Shown: positions 11,753 to 25,909, numbered from the stretch's first letter. The stretch: 64,000 bases of DNA from Lama glama (GCA_028534125.1 JAPYYK010000086.1:4464001-4528000); one strand, 5' to 3'. The notes: generated by a model from the sequence alone, not told the origin. Program-made: numbers and translations.

Positions 11753-13929
11753 GACAAGAGTGTTTTGAGCAAAAAGAAAAGGTTGTGGAAGAGCTTTATG
11801 GCAGGAGGAATAAGGCCACTGAAGAACTGACAGGAGGTCCACACAACTCAAGAAGTAAGGATGAGGGAAATGAGAGAGAGCAGTGGATGGGATGGCAAGG
11901 TGGGAGCCTGACCAGTTTGGGGTCTTGCTGGTCATGCGAGGGGCTGTCTGTCCTGAGGTTAATGGGAAGCCACTCACACAGCGTCACATCTGGCTGTGAA
12001 TTGGAATCACCCGGGAAACTTAAATCCAGATTCCTGGGTCTCACCTCAGAATTCCTTCTGAGATGGAGAGTGAGATCCTGCACTTACAAATGTACATCCA
12101 TTGATTCTGCTGCAGTCTGCTCGGCACCAGTCTGCAGACCTGAATCTGGGAACTACCTCTGGATCTGCCTGAAGGACAGAGAGACACTGCCCTAGGAAGG
12201 TCAAGTGATTTCCCAGGTGGCTAGGCAGTAAGTCCCCACAGATGCTTTGGGAGTGCACACAACGAACTCAACTGAGCAAGGATGAGAAACAATTTAAAAG
12301 GAGCATGGAGACTCCTGCCAAAACCGTTCCCTAACTCTGTCTGCTCCCCAGGGACGTGCGAGCTCTTGAGCTCACCATGACTATAAAATGGTATTTTATA
12401 CATTGTTAAAAAATAAAATTTGTACCTGTAATAAGATGAAAATAAAAGGAAGGAGACTTTTCTGTCCCTTTTTAAATGCCGCCTGCAGAACCCTGATTTA
12501 AATTAGGTTACGTTCATCACATCAAACGTGTCTCGTACGGAGGAAGCGTGTGACAAATGTTTATTGCTTTGAATTTATCAGAGATATGATGTGGGAGGTT
12601 TCGTCTTGTGGCAGGTTTGAGCAAGGGCTGGTTCCAAATAAGCCAGTTAAGAGGTTAGTTTAATAGCTGCGAAGTCCATACAAGAGGTAGCAAGGGCAGA
12701 ACCAGGACAGGGGCAGAGGGCTGACCGAGGATCAGTGTGGGTCTCGAGACCCCTGGAAGGATTTTATCAGGTGTTCTGTTTAGCTTGGGGCCCTTATTTT
12801 AAATACTGCCCTATAAAAATTCAGTTCTCTTCTCAGCATATCCTGAGGTATAGCCAGTACCATGACCGCATGAGTAGAACAGCTGGTGGGGGTCCCTGCC
12901 TGAATCTGGACATCACTTTATAACCCCTGACCACACAACAGCACACATGACACACCAGACTGAGGGAGAAAAGGCTGGTGGCTGAGGGTTAAGTTCATGG
13001 GGTCTGCACCGGCGGAGGTCTGTGCATCATTACAAACACTTACAAACAAATGGCTCTAAAGTCTTCTGCAACTGCTCTTCACGGGAGCTGAAAGCCGTAA
13101 CTATTTTATGCGTGGCTCTAGGAGAGACAAACCAAAGTAATGGGGGAAAGTTCCAGGTCTGAATTTGGAGAGCAGGATAAGCTCTGTGTGTTTCCACGAC
13201 TGCACATGCAAAATTAAAATGATTTAGTACTACCAATAAGCGGGGCAATGGATTCTATCTAGAGCAATGATGCTCGAGTTGCTTTGATGTTGTTTTGCCT
13301 CCAAGGCAGGATTTCCATTATTATGGAGATGAACTGCGTCTAATTATTGCAATAACATAATTGTTCCCTAGGGCAGAATTCCTAATAACAGAGCTGTATG
13401 GCTCTGCAGCAACTGTAAGAGATATCCTGAGGGCAGGTTTCTCATTAAGAGCACAGATATAGACACTCGGCCTCCGGAAGAGAAACAGAATGCCTGAGGC
13501 AATAAACTTTCCTCTCCACGCAAGGATTCGATCGGCCTTCTGGGCAAATACCTGCCATCACGTTTGCTCTGCCTCCCAGACTGCGGGGATTCACACCTTA
13601 GACACAACATGAAGTTTTGCCGCCCTGCGCTGGGATTTCCCTCCGTGTATTACACGAATTTCAGCTCTTCCAAAGGCCTTTGGGAAGAGGGGCAAATTAG
13701 GGCCATGATCTCATGTCACCTTGGAGGAAGATTTCAACGTCTCTGGACAAGATACATGAATTTTATTCCTATTTGGGTTGAATATACTCACAGAATGTTC
13801 GACCTGACCTGATGATACTGTGGGTGGCGGGCAGTGGTCAGGCAAACCTACATGTGTATTTCAGTCGGGGAAGAAATGCCTCAGAATACGGATGATCATA
13901 CCACTTTACTGTGTCTTTAAGACACGCCC

Positions 13930-14330
13930 ACAGTGACCTAAAAGTGCTCTAGCCCAAGGTGACGTCCAGGTTCCTATTTCCAGCGGTCATCTTTGAGTTG
14001 TTATTTTGTTGGACCTTCTTAGAAGCACCAAGCACTTGCTGCTTCCTGAAGCTTTCTTCTCCCTTGGTTTCTGTGAATCTCACTCTGCTGGTTGTTTCCC
14101 CACGTCTCTGATCCCCTGTCTCAGTCCTCCCAGGGGGGCTCTCTCTGCATGTGGCTGTTCCCCAGGGCTCCATCCTCTGGTTCAAAGGTATTCTCATTCC
14201 TATAGCTCTCCCTGGGTGCACACATTCACTCCACGGCTTCTAATTGGCTGGTGAGATCCAGGTCTCTGCCTTTGAGTAACTCAGACTCGTATTCCAATTT
14301 CCTACGGGACATTCACTCACCGAGCCCTCA
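13930..14330 (+). mobile_element. L2 fragment
   Basis: CTTCCTGAAGCTTTCTTCTCCCTTGGTTTCTGTGA...CAGACTCGTATTCCAATTTCCTAC. Boundaries approximate. Confidence 0.6.
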
Positions 14331-14354
14331 TTCTACACCAGCCACTGTCCTAGA

Positions 14355-14588
14355 CGCTTCTGTCACAGGATGGGATAAGCACAAAGGGCTCTAAGAAACC
14401 ACGAGAGTCCTTCAAAGTAGACGGAGGAAGGGACTGTGAGCTGAGGGACGCGGGTGACCTCTAGAGCGCTGGACACTGATTCTCCCCTAGAACCTCCAGA
14501 AGGAACACGTGACTTTAGCCCAAGGGGAGCTATTTCAGATTTGCAACCTCCAGGGCTCTGAGATATTAAATTTGTATTGCTTAAGCCA
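14355..14588 (+). mobile_element. MLT1D-like LTR fragment
   Basis: GATTCTCCCCTAGAACCTCCAGAAGGAACAC...AAATTTGTATTGCTTAAGCCAC. Confidence 0.7.
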
Positions 14589-14611
14589 CACACACACACA
14601 CACACACACAC
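14588..14611 (+). repeat. (CA)n microsatellite
   Basis: Direct reading. Confidence 0.93.
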
Positions 14612-14799
14612 CCTCTATTCTCATGGAATTTGCATTCTGATGAGGTGGAGCGTAGAGAAGACAGATAATGAAACTACAAGGGGAATATGTTAGTATTATT
14701 GGTGGTGATAAGAAGTATGGAAAATACAAGGCAGGAGAGAGGATGGGGGAGTTTACAATTTGAAATAAGCTAGTGGGAAAAGCCTGCAGTGAGAGGGAG

Positions 14800-15540
14800 A
14801 CGCTTGAATGGGAAATCTCATTTGACCATGGCGTCTCCACTTGCAGGCACCTCAAATTTACCATGCTAATATTAATCTCTTTATTGTCCCCTCTCAAATT
14901 TGCTTTTTCTGTACTCAGTATTGTGGCAAATGGCACTGCCATCTACCTGCTCAAGGTGGAATCCTAGGAGTCATTTTCTTTTTTTTCTCCTTCTTTTAAA
15001 AGTCTTTCAACTTAACACATCATTAAGTCTTTTAAATTCTACTCTTTAATAGCCCATCTATGTCTCCCCTCCTTTACTCTCAGAAGACTGACATCATTGA
15101 AGTCCTTTTGATTTCCGTCCTGGGCTCCTGCCTGCAACTGGTCTCTCCGCCTCCCTAATCTTTTTCCTCCTCCACGGTGCAGGCAGAGCAACCCTGCAGC
15201 ACGCATATGGACGCGCGTTCCCTTGCATAAAATCTTTCAGTTCTCTCTGGGGTCTTCCAGGTCAAGTCTAAACTCCACACACATAAAATCCAAGGCTTCC
15301 ACAATCAACTGTTGGCCGACATTTTTCAATGTTCCTTCCAAACACATCACCTTTATAACATATGCCCTAGGATTATTGAAAAACTTACATTGTTATTTTG
15401 CTGCTGGGCCCCTCGCACGGATCTGCAAGCATTTTGAGAGCTGGGTTTACGTCTCTTCTTTCTGTCTAGCCCCAGCGCCAAGCAGAGGTCTGAGCATGTG
15501 GCCAGCACCCAGTGAATGTTCTGTTCATTGATCGAAATTG
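14800..15540 (+). mobile_element. L2 3' region fragments
   Basis: GGCACCTCAAATTTACCATG...GGAATCCTAGGAGTCAT...CCCAGTGAATGTTCTGTT. Boundaries approximate. Confidence 0.55.
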
Positions 15541-18500
15541 GAGTTGGCTAGTTTGTTCTGAAACCATGCCTGTGACATGCATGGAACTCTTTCTGGAAAT
15601 CTGTACTCGGTTATTGTCCATTACTTAACATAATGCACTAGCCTAATGTCTAAAAGGAAGGTGAGATGTTCTCAAGCATGAGTAAGAATAAGAACTCTCT
15701 ACATGATATTAGCTCCAGTAACGTTTCACTCACTTCTGCTTTAATGAGAAGTAAAGTGTTTTGTCTCAGTGAATTTTCCGGACAACTAGGTTTACTCCTT
15801 TAAGTATTCAGTTAATTTTTAAAAATAACCATTGGGAGGGAGTGGTCTTTCTGTGATGCACACTCTCCTGCCTTACCAACAGAAGAAAAAAGACAACAGT
15901 TCCTCTCTAGGGACATAATATCATAATAATTATCATCCTTTGCTACAGAGATAAGGTTATTTATTCCCCTATTAATACTGTTTCAATTCTGAATGGCAAA
16001 TTTAACTCTGGCTTTCAGAAAGACACTGGAAGAAATGATGGGGACAGTGAGAGGAGTCCACGTCATGTCATATGAAGGCTGTCAGGGACATTTGGGCTTG
16101 GAGAAGTACTGAAGGAAGACTTGAGAGTAACTCGCCAGTATATAGAGGGAAGACAGGTGGTGGTGAAGAACGAGATTTTTTAGTAAAACTTCAGAAAGCA
16201 AAGCCCAAAACAATGGGTGGAAATTATAAGGATATAGGTTATGAGAAATAATCTGACAATCAGGTCCCTGTCTTAGACGTAACCAGGGGAGGATGAGGGT
16301 CCAGGCGTTGTGGGGGTCCCTGCCCTGCAGTGGAAGCTGGGCGCCATGATGGTAGTAGGAACTGGACACTGCTCCCGGCCCAGAATCCTTTTACTCTTCT
16401 TCTGGTTGCAGGGACCGGCATTTCTTTGGGGAAGTCCCTGTCCTTCCTCAGGCCATGAGGTTTGATGCGGGCTTCCCCATGTGCCTCTTAGGATAAGCAC
16501 ACGACCATGTCCTAATCGGCGTAGCACATCCCTCTTGCACGTGACCAGTGCAGGGAAGAGCACTGACCATGGCAGATTTATTCAATTCCATGAGCATCTA
16601 TTCTGGAATTGTTGTGAGAAGTTAGAAAAGAGGGGAAGCAGGGGGCTGCTGGCAGCCACCCTACCACCGGGAGAGGAGAGAGCCTATCAGAAAATGGAGC
16701 CACCGCAGAGGAAGGCCCTGGCGAGGGATGAAGAGAGTGAGCCTGTCGTGATGGCACTCTGGGGGCCCTGTCCCACCTCAAGTCACAGTCCATCACTGCC
16801 CTTCTCAAACGTGGAGCCACGAGCTCCCTGTCATACTGAAGCCAGCTTCTAGTTGGGTGTCTGCCATTTACCAGCAGAAGGGTCCATCTAAGTTGGTTTT
16901 GTGACTCCTTACCATTCTGGGAGCCTAGGTTTTTATTAATGATTCTGCTATTTCTGTACTTTGATGTTTTTGTTTGAAACAGATCAACTTCAGCCTCATC
17001 TGCCTCAAGTGCCTTCTGTTTAGAAACCAAAAGTAAACAAAATTATCAACTTTATTCAGTTAATAGGCTTAATTGCTCAATTAATCCAAATGATTTTCCT
17101 GCTTTGGTGGTGACTAGAGGCCTCCCCTGAGAACTAAAGCACGTGGACCTTTGTGACAAGTCATCCCTATTTTAAATGTCTGACATTGCCTGCACTCTGA
17201 TTGCTGGATAAATATATGAGAAAACGAGAAATGATTTATGTATATGGACATGCTGTGTACACAATAACAAAGCTATAAAGAGCGAAGATTAAATCTTTCA
17301 TTTAGTCAGCTGGTTTAATATAGATAAGGCCAGTGTAAATGTGATTTCAATTTCTAAAGCCTGGAGAAACCAAAATAAGCACATACAAACATATTTAAAA
17401 ATTTTTTTCGTATGTTAACATCAAACCAGTATTTTTGATTCCTAACCTACCAAGATAACTATAATATCGCCGTATGATTAAATAAGGTAAACATTTAAAT
17501 ATTTTAAAGTGTTGTTTCTTATATATACATATATTTTGTAAACTCATTTGTAGGCAGTTGGTCAGTTAAATTTGAAATTAAATATCACTTAAAAGGTAGC
17601 ATTAGGCAGAGTCTGTCAAAACAGAGAGTCTACGGAGAGTATTTGTAAAAAGTGATACCTGATCGTAAAGATTTGTCCCATTGAAACTGTGTTTCTATCA
17701 GTATTTTGTACTTGAGATTAATAATCTTTTATTGGAATGCTGAAGATTTGCCTTTTGATGCTTAAGATTCCACATCTCAAAAGAGAACTAGGGCTAACCA
17801 GCCGGTGTATCAGAAACCATTACTCAACACTGGACACAGTCAAAGATTTTTGCATTTTGTGTTGATCAAACAATGTCAGTCTTTTCTTAAAATAAGAATT
17901 CTAAACTTTTTCACTCGTGAACTCTACACATAATTGTTCTTGTTCAATTATCCACTTTATTATGTTTCTCCATCATCAGGAAAAAAAGAGAAAATGGCAG
18001 AATTCTTCTCAGATTATTGGGGAAATAAGTAAAATTTTAAAATTTAAGATAGTCCAAATAAAAGTCCCCATTTCTAGTTTCTCTTGAAAAATGAGAAGGT
18101 GGGAGGCACTCGACATGCATCTCCATTTGGTGATAATAGAATAGAGTGGCAGGTGTCGCCCTTGGATCTGCCACACGCGGAAGTCTCCACCATTCACCTT
18201 TAAATTATGTTTGGCCAGCTTTTGGATTCATTTACATAATGAAAATCAATCTATCTGTTTAATACACTGTAAGCGAGGGAGAAGGGAGAAGCAGAACTGT
18301 GAGAACACAGCACGAATGTGGAGAAAAAGTGCCAATACTGAGAGTTTGGGGCCATGCCTGGTGACACTGGAGGTGAGGTGATAAATACCAAGACTTGAGT
18401 AATGATGGGAAGTCTCTTTGGTTTAAAGATATCTTTAAGTGCCATAGAAATGTGGAAGCAATATTTGAACCCTATCAATCAAATCAGAAGATAAAAACTG

Positions 18501-18624
18501 GAGTGAGATAGCTTGGTGATAAGTAGTAGAAAGAATCTCTAAAACCCACTTAGTAAATAGAATTCTTGGTATCGATATACCATTTTCCCAAAGGTAATTT
18601 AAACAACATGTACCAACGGTTAAG

Positions 18625-19015
18625 TTATAGCAGTGATAAGCAGTTACCAACATTGTTCAAAACGGTAGGTTGTTCCTTTTCTTCTAGGCATATTGTAAGA
18701 TTATATTTCCCTGCTGGGTTGAACTTGGGCAGAGCCATGTGACTTGGCCAATTAAACATGTGAAAATGAAGTGTTTCACTTCCGGGCAGATGCTTTAAGA
18801 CGTCATACATATCTAGCTACCCTCTTTTCCTTCTGCAATTGTAATGTTCCAGAGAGGGCTGCTCTACCAGTCATGGCTTTACAGGGCAGAAAAGCCAAGC
18901 TGCCTCCCAGCAGACCCCTGATGGGCACACAGTCAGGATGAGAAATTGCCTCTTGTTTTAAGACCCTGCAGGTTGCTTGTGACAGGGACAAAGTTTAGCC
19001 TCTTCTGGACTGATT
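18625..19015 (+). mobile_element. Old MLT1 (J/I-like) LTR
   Basis: GCCATGTGACTTGGCCAAT...CACTTCCGGGCAGA...GAGAAATTGCCTCTTGTTTTAAG...GACTGAT. Confidence 0.7.
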
Positions 19016-20398
19016 TCCCATGTTACTCGAACTTCATTCATTCATGGTTTTTGACAGGTCTGCCTATTATTCATAAAATTTTTAAAATACTTTTTCTTTG
19101 TATCATTGTTTTATTAAAACTTATTAAATGTAGCCTAATCTAAGGAATACATGCGGTACATACTAGTTATATTTCAATTAAGTTTTAATAGACATCAAAG
19201 TAAATGCTTAACTGCTAAAAGTAATCTTACATACCATATTTGGGGAAACGCTGAGGTCAAACAGGAAAGGAACCTGATGTTTAAGACGGCAAAATAAGAA
19301 ACGAGGTTCTCAAGTTCTAGGTTTAGTTCCAAGCTGTGCCAATAATGAGTAAACTATACTGCTTTCTTGATAAATGGAAGTCAGAAAGAGATGTATATTA
19401 TGAATTTAATGTGTGACTATACCATCTATAAACTATATCAGGTTTGTTTGCAAAATCATTACTAAGGACAGCAACATCAGTGCGGTGATCTACTTTGCAT
19501 GTGTAAATCCAAAGGTGTACAGGTGTAAAGCAGATACATACACGTTTTAACAGGCTTCCCCGTTGCAACCTTGAGTACTTGACCTTTAGCATCAATTAAA
19601 ATCATTACGTATACAGCTGGTAAATGTCATCTTATGGCTGACATAGACTCATGCATAATTACCATTTTCCAACAGACTGAGTAGATTACAGGAAGGGGTG
19701 GGGATATTTTATAGAGGTGACAGCCAAGAAGAGGTCTTCAGAGATACTTACCATATGTCACAATATGACCTGAAACCCCACGCTGTACAAACAACATGCA
19801 TTCTAGCTATAATTCATGTATAACAGGAAATACACAGGTGAAGAGTTTAGACCTCAGAAAGAAAAAAACTTTTCAAAAAAAGTTTCTTCTTGAAACTTTG
19901 CTTCAAAAAGACATGTTTGAAAAAATAAAAGCTGTATTATTTGAGAATGAGTTTTGGAATTAGAGATATTTAGCTTTAGAAAAGGAGAGAGGAATGAGAT
20001 ATACCAGCCACTGCCAAATATTGGAGGGGTTGTCATAACAAAGAAGAATTGAATGTTTATGCAAAAAGGAGGTAGGATGGAGAAAAGTGGGCAAATCTAC
20101 AAATAAATTTTTGGCTAAAATAAAAGAAGATACTCCAGCTGCTCAACTTTGGACAGCTATGAAAGTCTTCAACAGAGATCATGTGATCAATTCGGGCAGG
20201 GAGGACTTTCTAGAATCTTAATATCAAGAGAGAGTATAAAGACCAACTTATTTACCACCCTCTTCCAAAGCTTCAGTTCTCTGATTAACATTCAGTCCAT
20301 GAAGAGCAGATCGTAAATTCCTTCCTCTGGAACTATTAATTACAGACCAATAAATTATTATAGGTTAATCAAATATTAAAAATAGTTCAAGATAATAC

Positions 20399-20549
20399 CT
20401 TTCATTTTCTCTTAATATGTCCCTTCCTTTCTTCCAGGTGTAGACAGGTTTCGGAGAAGCTTTTGGCTTACACTCAATGACAACTTCACCTCCCACTTTG
20501 ACAAGAGTTACCCTTTTTAAGAGGGTTCTTGAAAAATCCGGACCCACAG
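20399..20549 (-). CDS. CNTN4: Contactin-4 exon (first half of Ig5): (A)[49 protein letters not shown](R)
   Basis: Overlaps ORF 20365..20547. Acceptor tttattctcttccag|CT, donor AG|gtatta; 151 nt, phase 1 to 2. Confidence 0.97.
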
Positions 20550-21637
20550 CTGGAAGAGAATAAAGAAAAGAGTTGATTATTATGGAAGAAAAACCCCACT
20601 AGATCATTCTCTGTAGCTTTTTTCTTTCTGTAATGCGCTTACTGCTGCCTTGAGCATCAAAGGGAGGAAATTAAATTTTTTTCCAAAGTAAAGGCAGTAG
20701 CACTAGAAACTGCGATGGGTTGATGGAGAGTTGGAGCATCACTGGTATACAGTAAGATGTACCAGTTGTAAGTGGACAGCTTGATGGATCTGGTATACGC
20801 CAACATGAAGATCAAGACACAGAACATTTCATCACCCTACTGAGGGATTCTTTAAAAAAGCATTCCATGTTCAAATGAACAAATATTTAAAAATTTCAGG
20901 GAAGCAAAAGGGAAAGACAAAACCAAAAAAAGCTGATAAGGCATTTTTCTGATTTTGTAGGTTAAAGCATCCATTTTGTGCTGACTCAGCACTGTGTGCA
21001 TGTCTATGTCAGAGGACATGCTGAAATGTCTGTATTATTGCCCTATGTGAGCTTCTCCTTAAAAAACAGTGACTTTGTGCAGCTTCTCACTACTACTGCC
21101 TAGTGCAATGCTTTCCTCTTGCGGGAGACATTGTGACTTGCTCTTAGAAAACTCTAATCCGTGCTCACTACCAGTGTCCCAGGAAATTCATTCATGTTGA
21201 TACCAAATACGTAGTTGTGTGGAAATAACATTAAGTAATTATTTCTTTCCTAAATCAAAAGATATACATCTGTATCCTAACAGAAATATAAAAAAGATGC
21301 CTTCTGAAAAAATCTCCATTTTCTTCTGCATAAATTGAATTAACATATTTTAGGATCTGCTGTGAGAATTCCATAATGATAACTGCAGTGAATAAGTAGA
21401 GTTCAACTACAAATGTTTTTGCTATAATGAGATAAATGTATTCCTTGTATGATCTGCAAAATCACATAATAAAAATTATAGGGTTCTGAAAAAAGATAAG
21501 GTCAGGACAGACCTACTCAATATTGTGTAACAGGAAATCTGACAAAAACAATAATCATTCTAGTAAATATGCTGGCATAATTAGAATGACAGCTTAAATT
21601 CCTAATATACAAATACTACACACAATACAGGACTTCA

Positions 21638-21670
21638 GTGTGTGTGTGTGTGTGTGTGTGTGAGTGTGTG
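21638..21670 (+). repeat. (TG)n microsatellite
   Basis: Direct reading. Confidence 0.93.
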
Positions 21671-24214
21671 TATGAAGACAGCTCAATGAATTAAGGAAGC
21701 TGGAAGAGGCAAGAAGAAAGAGTTGAGACTGGTAACCTATAAAGCAAGCGCAAGCTACAGAAAGACTGAGGAGAACCCCACCCTGAACATCGCCACGTTA
21801 GAGTACGCAGCCCAAGTGAGCCAAGAAGAAAAGTACGGGGCTGAATGGGAGTCATGGTCGGTACGCCTTCTGCCTTGGATAGCTGTGCTGACCTGTGTTA
21901 GTGGGCTTTGTGTTTGGTTGCTGGAACTAGTAACACACGTGGACAAAGACAGCATCTGTTATATTGACATCACTTCTCCATTTATCACTCCCACACATGC
22001 TAATTTGCAATACAAGAAGATTCTTGTAGCAGAATACACTCATTCCCATCTTGGGTTAACACCTGAACTGACAGGTTAATGTAAAAAAAAAAAAATCAAG
22101 TCCCCAGAAGTTTTTTTTTTTAAAGGTATTTTGTGAAATAGAGTTACAAATCTCTAACATATAAAAAAATCTCTTCTTAAAACTTCATCTTTCTGCACAC
22201 ATATTTTTATCACTTTAGGCAGACATTTTTCATCTGTTCAGGAGGAATTCTGCAATTGCATTTGAAATGAGTTTACATAAATCAAACTGTGCACAACACA
22301 TGGGTGTATTTGTCAAAAAACTGTATATTGCTTTTATGGGATTTGAAATAGGAAGATATGAGCCACACAGAAGGCAGAAAATGCACATTCCAGTTTCCAA
22401 AGCATTTGTACTGTAGGTTGTGCATGTTATCTTTTGGATATCGTAGAGATAACACTGCCTTATCTCTAGGCATGTTTTTCACTAATAAAAATGGAATCAT
22501 AAATTTAAATTTTTTCTCTTTGTTTACTCAATTTGCTTAATTTACTTCTAGTGTTAGCTAACTCTGGAAATCTATCAGTTGCCACCATAAACTGCAGTGC
22601 TTTCTAGGGAAAAACTGTCAGACTTTCATTTGTTTTTGAATACTAGACCCATTAATGGGTTTCTTAACATTCTGCCATTTTGTAACCATCTTTCACACCT
22701 GAGATACCCTGACGCTTGTGGGATGATCCTTTTTTTGGTGTCTGTGTCCTATATTTATTCTGATTCCCAAACCCAAGGAGAGGTCTGAAGGAAAAACAAA
22801 AGGAGGCTGTTCAATTTGACATTTCTAGAGAATCAGGCTTTAAAAGTTGTTGGTAAGGTCCTAAAAGGGCACTGCTAGAATCCAACCTTTGCAGGTACTG
22901 AAAAAAAATTAGTGCACATTGAAGGTGAAACATCAGTGAGTTCCTAATAGCTCAGAAAAGATAAAACCGACTGTCAGATAACTCATTTGAGTCTGAGAGT
23001 AGCACCAATCCTGGCAGATCCTCATTCGCTAAATCTCATGCACTTAGAGGACAATGTTTCTTACATGGACTACTAGAGGGCACTGCTCTCCCAGTCTTGG
23101 TTTAAGTCACACTACAGGACTGCCTTCCTGTGGGAAACGCAACTTTTTATTATTTATCAATGATCTCTAATACATTAACATTACACTATCTAGGACAAGT
23201 ACCTGGCTGGGAGAAGCCGTCCATGCAATTCTCAGCTGTTTGCTTTGACTTAATTAAATGACTCTTGGTCACGTGTCAAGGGGATTTTTAAGTGGCCAAC
23301 AGAACCCTTGAAAACTGAAGTTGTGCCGTAGTATCATTTTTCAAGAGAATGCTAAGTCCTTAACGAGATGTGCAGTGCAGTCCCACTTGGGAGATGTATG
23401 GGTGCGATATTTTACTCTGTCATTGAAGAGGAGAGGGCAATTAACATGTGCCTGTTCTATCAGAGTCTGTAGAAACACCCCTGGGAACAAAGCCAGGTGA
23501 TGGATTAAGGCTGGCCCTTTCAGAAGTTCCAAAATTCATATTATTTTTAACCTTTATCTATTATCTTTAACTATTACCTCATCACTCCATAAAAATAAAC
23601 CTAGAGCAAATGCCTTCATTCAAGGATTTCCACCACCGAGGAGATGTCGCTGGGATCAGATTTTGGAACCCGAAACTTCTCCTGGCTTGCTGGGCAGGTA
23701 CCTAGAAGGCTGGCAGCACGGGAAATACTCTTCTTTCTAGGTCCGTCACTACAGAATGGCTGATTTAAAATCAGCCTCTCGGAGTAGGGATGCTATTCAC
23801 AAAGAGACTCTCAACAAATTATAAAGTGAGATTTTTCTATTCTAGTATCAGAACCATGCTGATATTCTAAGACCCTAATACTCTGCTGGTTTTGGTCTAA
23901 TTCACTGAACACCCTGTTTCCCCAGGGTTCCCCCTAACATGATGGCCCTTCCTGATGGGCTCCTGCTCTTTTGGGTAAGTTATTATAAAACAGAACTAAT
24001 CATACTGACAGTCACAAGGTAGTTTTGAAGATTAAATGAAATACACATATTGTACATCAGTATCTTCCCAGAGCAAGAACCTTATACTTGCTCCTCCTCT
24101 CTGCTATTCCCACTAACTCCACTACTGCCACCATTTTTAGAGAATTTTAAGCTGAAAAGCCTCTTGGAGACAAGAAAATATATTTGTTTGAAAAAAACAA
24201 CAATAAAAAAAAAC

Positions 24215-24790
24215 CCTTTTTATTTTGAAATAATTGTAGATTCACGGAAAGTTGCAGAGATGATACAGAGAGGCCCTGTGTCTCTTTCCTCAGCTCCCCA
24301 CCACGGTTACATCTTACGTGAGCAAAGCACAGTATCCACACAGGGGAACTGATCTTCCGTACAGTGTGGAGAGTTCTATGTTATTTCACCAAATGCTTCA
24401 ACTTTTGTAACTACCCCTGAAATCAAGATACAGAACACTTCCATCACCATAAAGATCTCCCCCATGCTATCCCTCTACAGTCACACCTGGCCCCACCTGC
24501 CTGTCCTTCCTATGCCTAGAAACCACTAATCTGTTCTCCATCTCGACAGTTTGGTCATTTTGAGAATGTCATATATATATATTATATACATAATATAAAC
24601 ATATATATACACGTATACACCCACACACATATATACATACACACATACATACTCATACATTATGATCTTCTTTCACATAAGATTTCTTTTTTCAGTCATC
24701 AAATACTCTTGAGATTCACCCAGGCAGTTTTGTGTACCAGCAATGAGTTCTGTCCTATTTCTGCGTAGTAGTATCTCATCCATCCTCGTG
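24215..24790 (-). mobile_element. Old L1M (L1MB/MC-type) 3' end
   Basis: TTTTATTTTGAAATAATTGTAGATTCAC...AATCAAGATACAGAAC...AACCACTAATCTGTTCTCCATCTC. Confidence 0.75.
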
Positions 24791-25742
24791 TGGCTGGGAA
24801 ATACATCTTTAATGTTGGCATTTCAGGCACTATGATAACTGACAAACACTTGTAAGCACAGGAGCCGTTTCAAGATGTCTTGACACTTTCTCTGCCAACA
24901 AGCAGGATCAGACTCAGCCCTTTTTTCTTTATAAAGGTTTGAAAAGCCAAACATTAATTGTGTAGATATGGGTGAAATCTTTCTTATCCAAAGAAAAAGA
25001 CTTTAAAAGCCATTTTGAAACATCGCCTTTTGTACAACAATTAACATGTTGGCTGAAAATCATTCTTATGTTTTAAAAGCTTTCAGCTGCTAAGCCCTTG
25101 TTAACCTCCCTTGAGCTATCCCATCTGTATAAAGATAAGACAGTGTGCATTTTTAAATATCTGTAATCACTCTGACCTTCCCGTATCAGGCCAAGTTAGT
25201 GATATTTCATCATATTTGGCATAAGGTTCTAAACACTCACACAAATTTGTGCCCTCAGTTAAACAGTGTACATACAGTATTGCAATGCCATATCTGATTA
25301 TGAATAACTTTCTTATGAGATAGAAATACTTGTTGAATTAAGAGAGTCAGACTGTGAGACTTTTGGAATTCTACTGGTTAAGAAATGGTAGCACTGGTTC
25401 CTAGCGATTTATTAGATCATCAGTTTCCTGAAGGCAGCGATGATGCATTATGGATTTGAACATCCCTTGGACCTAGCACAGTGCTTGGCATAAAGTAGAT
25501 GTTCAGTCAATATTTGTTGAATTGACACCTGTTTTGGGAGAGAACTTGGGAGTTTAGTTCAGAACAGGAAGTTTCCTTCTCATGACGCTTTGCCTGGATA
25601 CCACAGCCCTTTCTTTTCTCCAGGTGGGGGTATAAATGGCTTCTTGAACTTTCTGGTCTGTGTACAAGACACTCCATCCTCTCTAGACTTGGACCTCAGC
25701 CAAATAAAGCAGAACCACCCAAGAAACAATCCGGCTGTTCAT

Positions 25743-25865
25743 ACAGTCGGCCCTTGGCATCCGGTGTCCACGGGGAGATTGGCTCCAGGACCCCCGAAGA
25801 TAAATTGGCAGGTGCTCCCTCAATGCTAGTGGAGCACAGTGCACACAGTCAGCCCTCCATAACTG
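25743..25865. mobile_element. MER2/Tigger-family fragment
   Basis: TACAGTCGGCCCT...GATTGGCTCCAGGACCCCC. A similar small element lies at about 27710-27800. Confidence 0.55.
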
Positions 25866-25909
25866 GTAGATTCAGAGTGCTGACCGCCTGCACTGCTGAC
25901 CATGCGAAC

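Noticed and set aside
7359-17030. Longer 120-151 aa ORFs (7359, 11259, 11615, 11740, 14535, 16481, 16578)
   Set aside because: No recognisable domain. Many start at non-ATG codons and overlap old repeats. Lengths are as expected by chance in intron.
23067-23085. CTCF-like GGACTACTAGAGGGCACTG
   Set aside because: It mismatches at a highly conserved C of the core, and cannot be supported without ChIP data.
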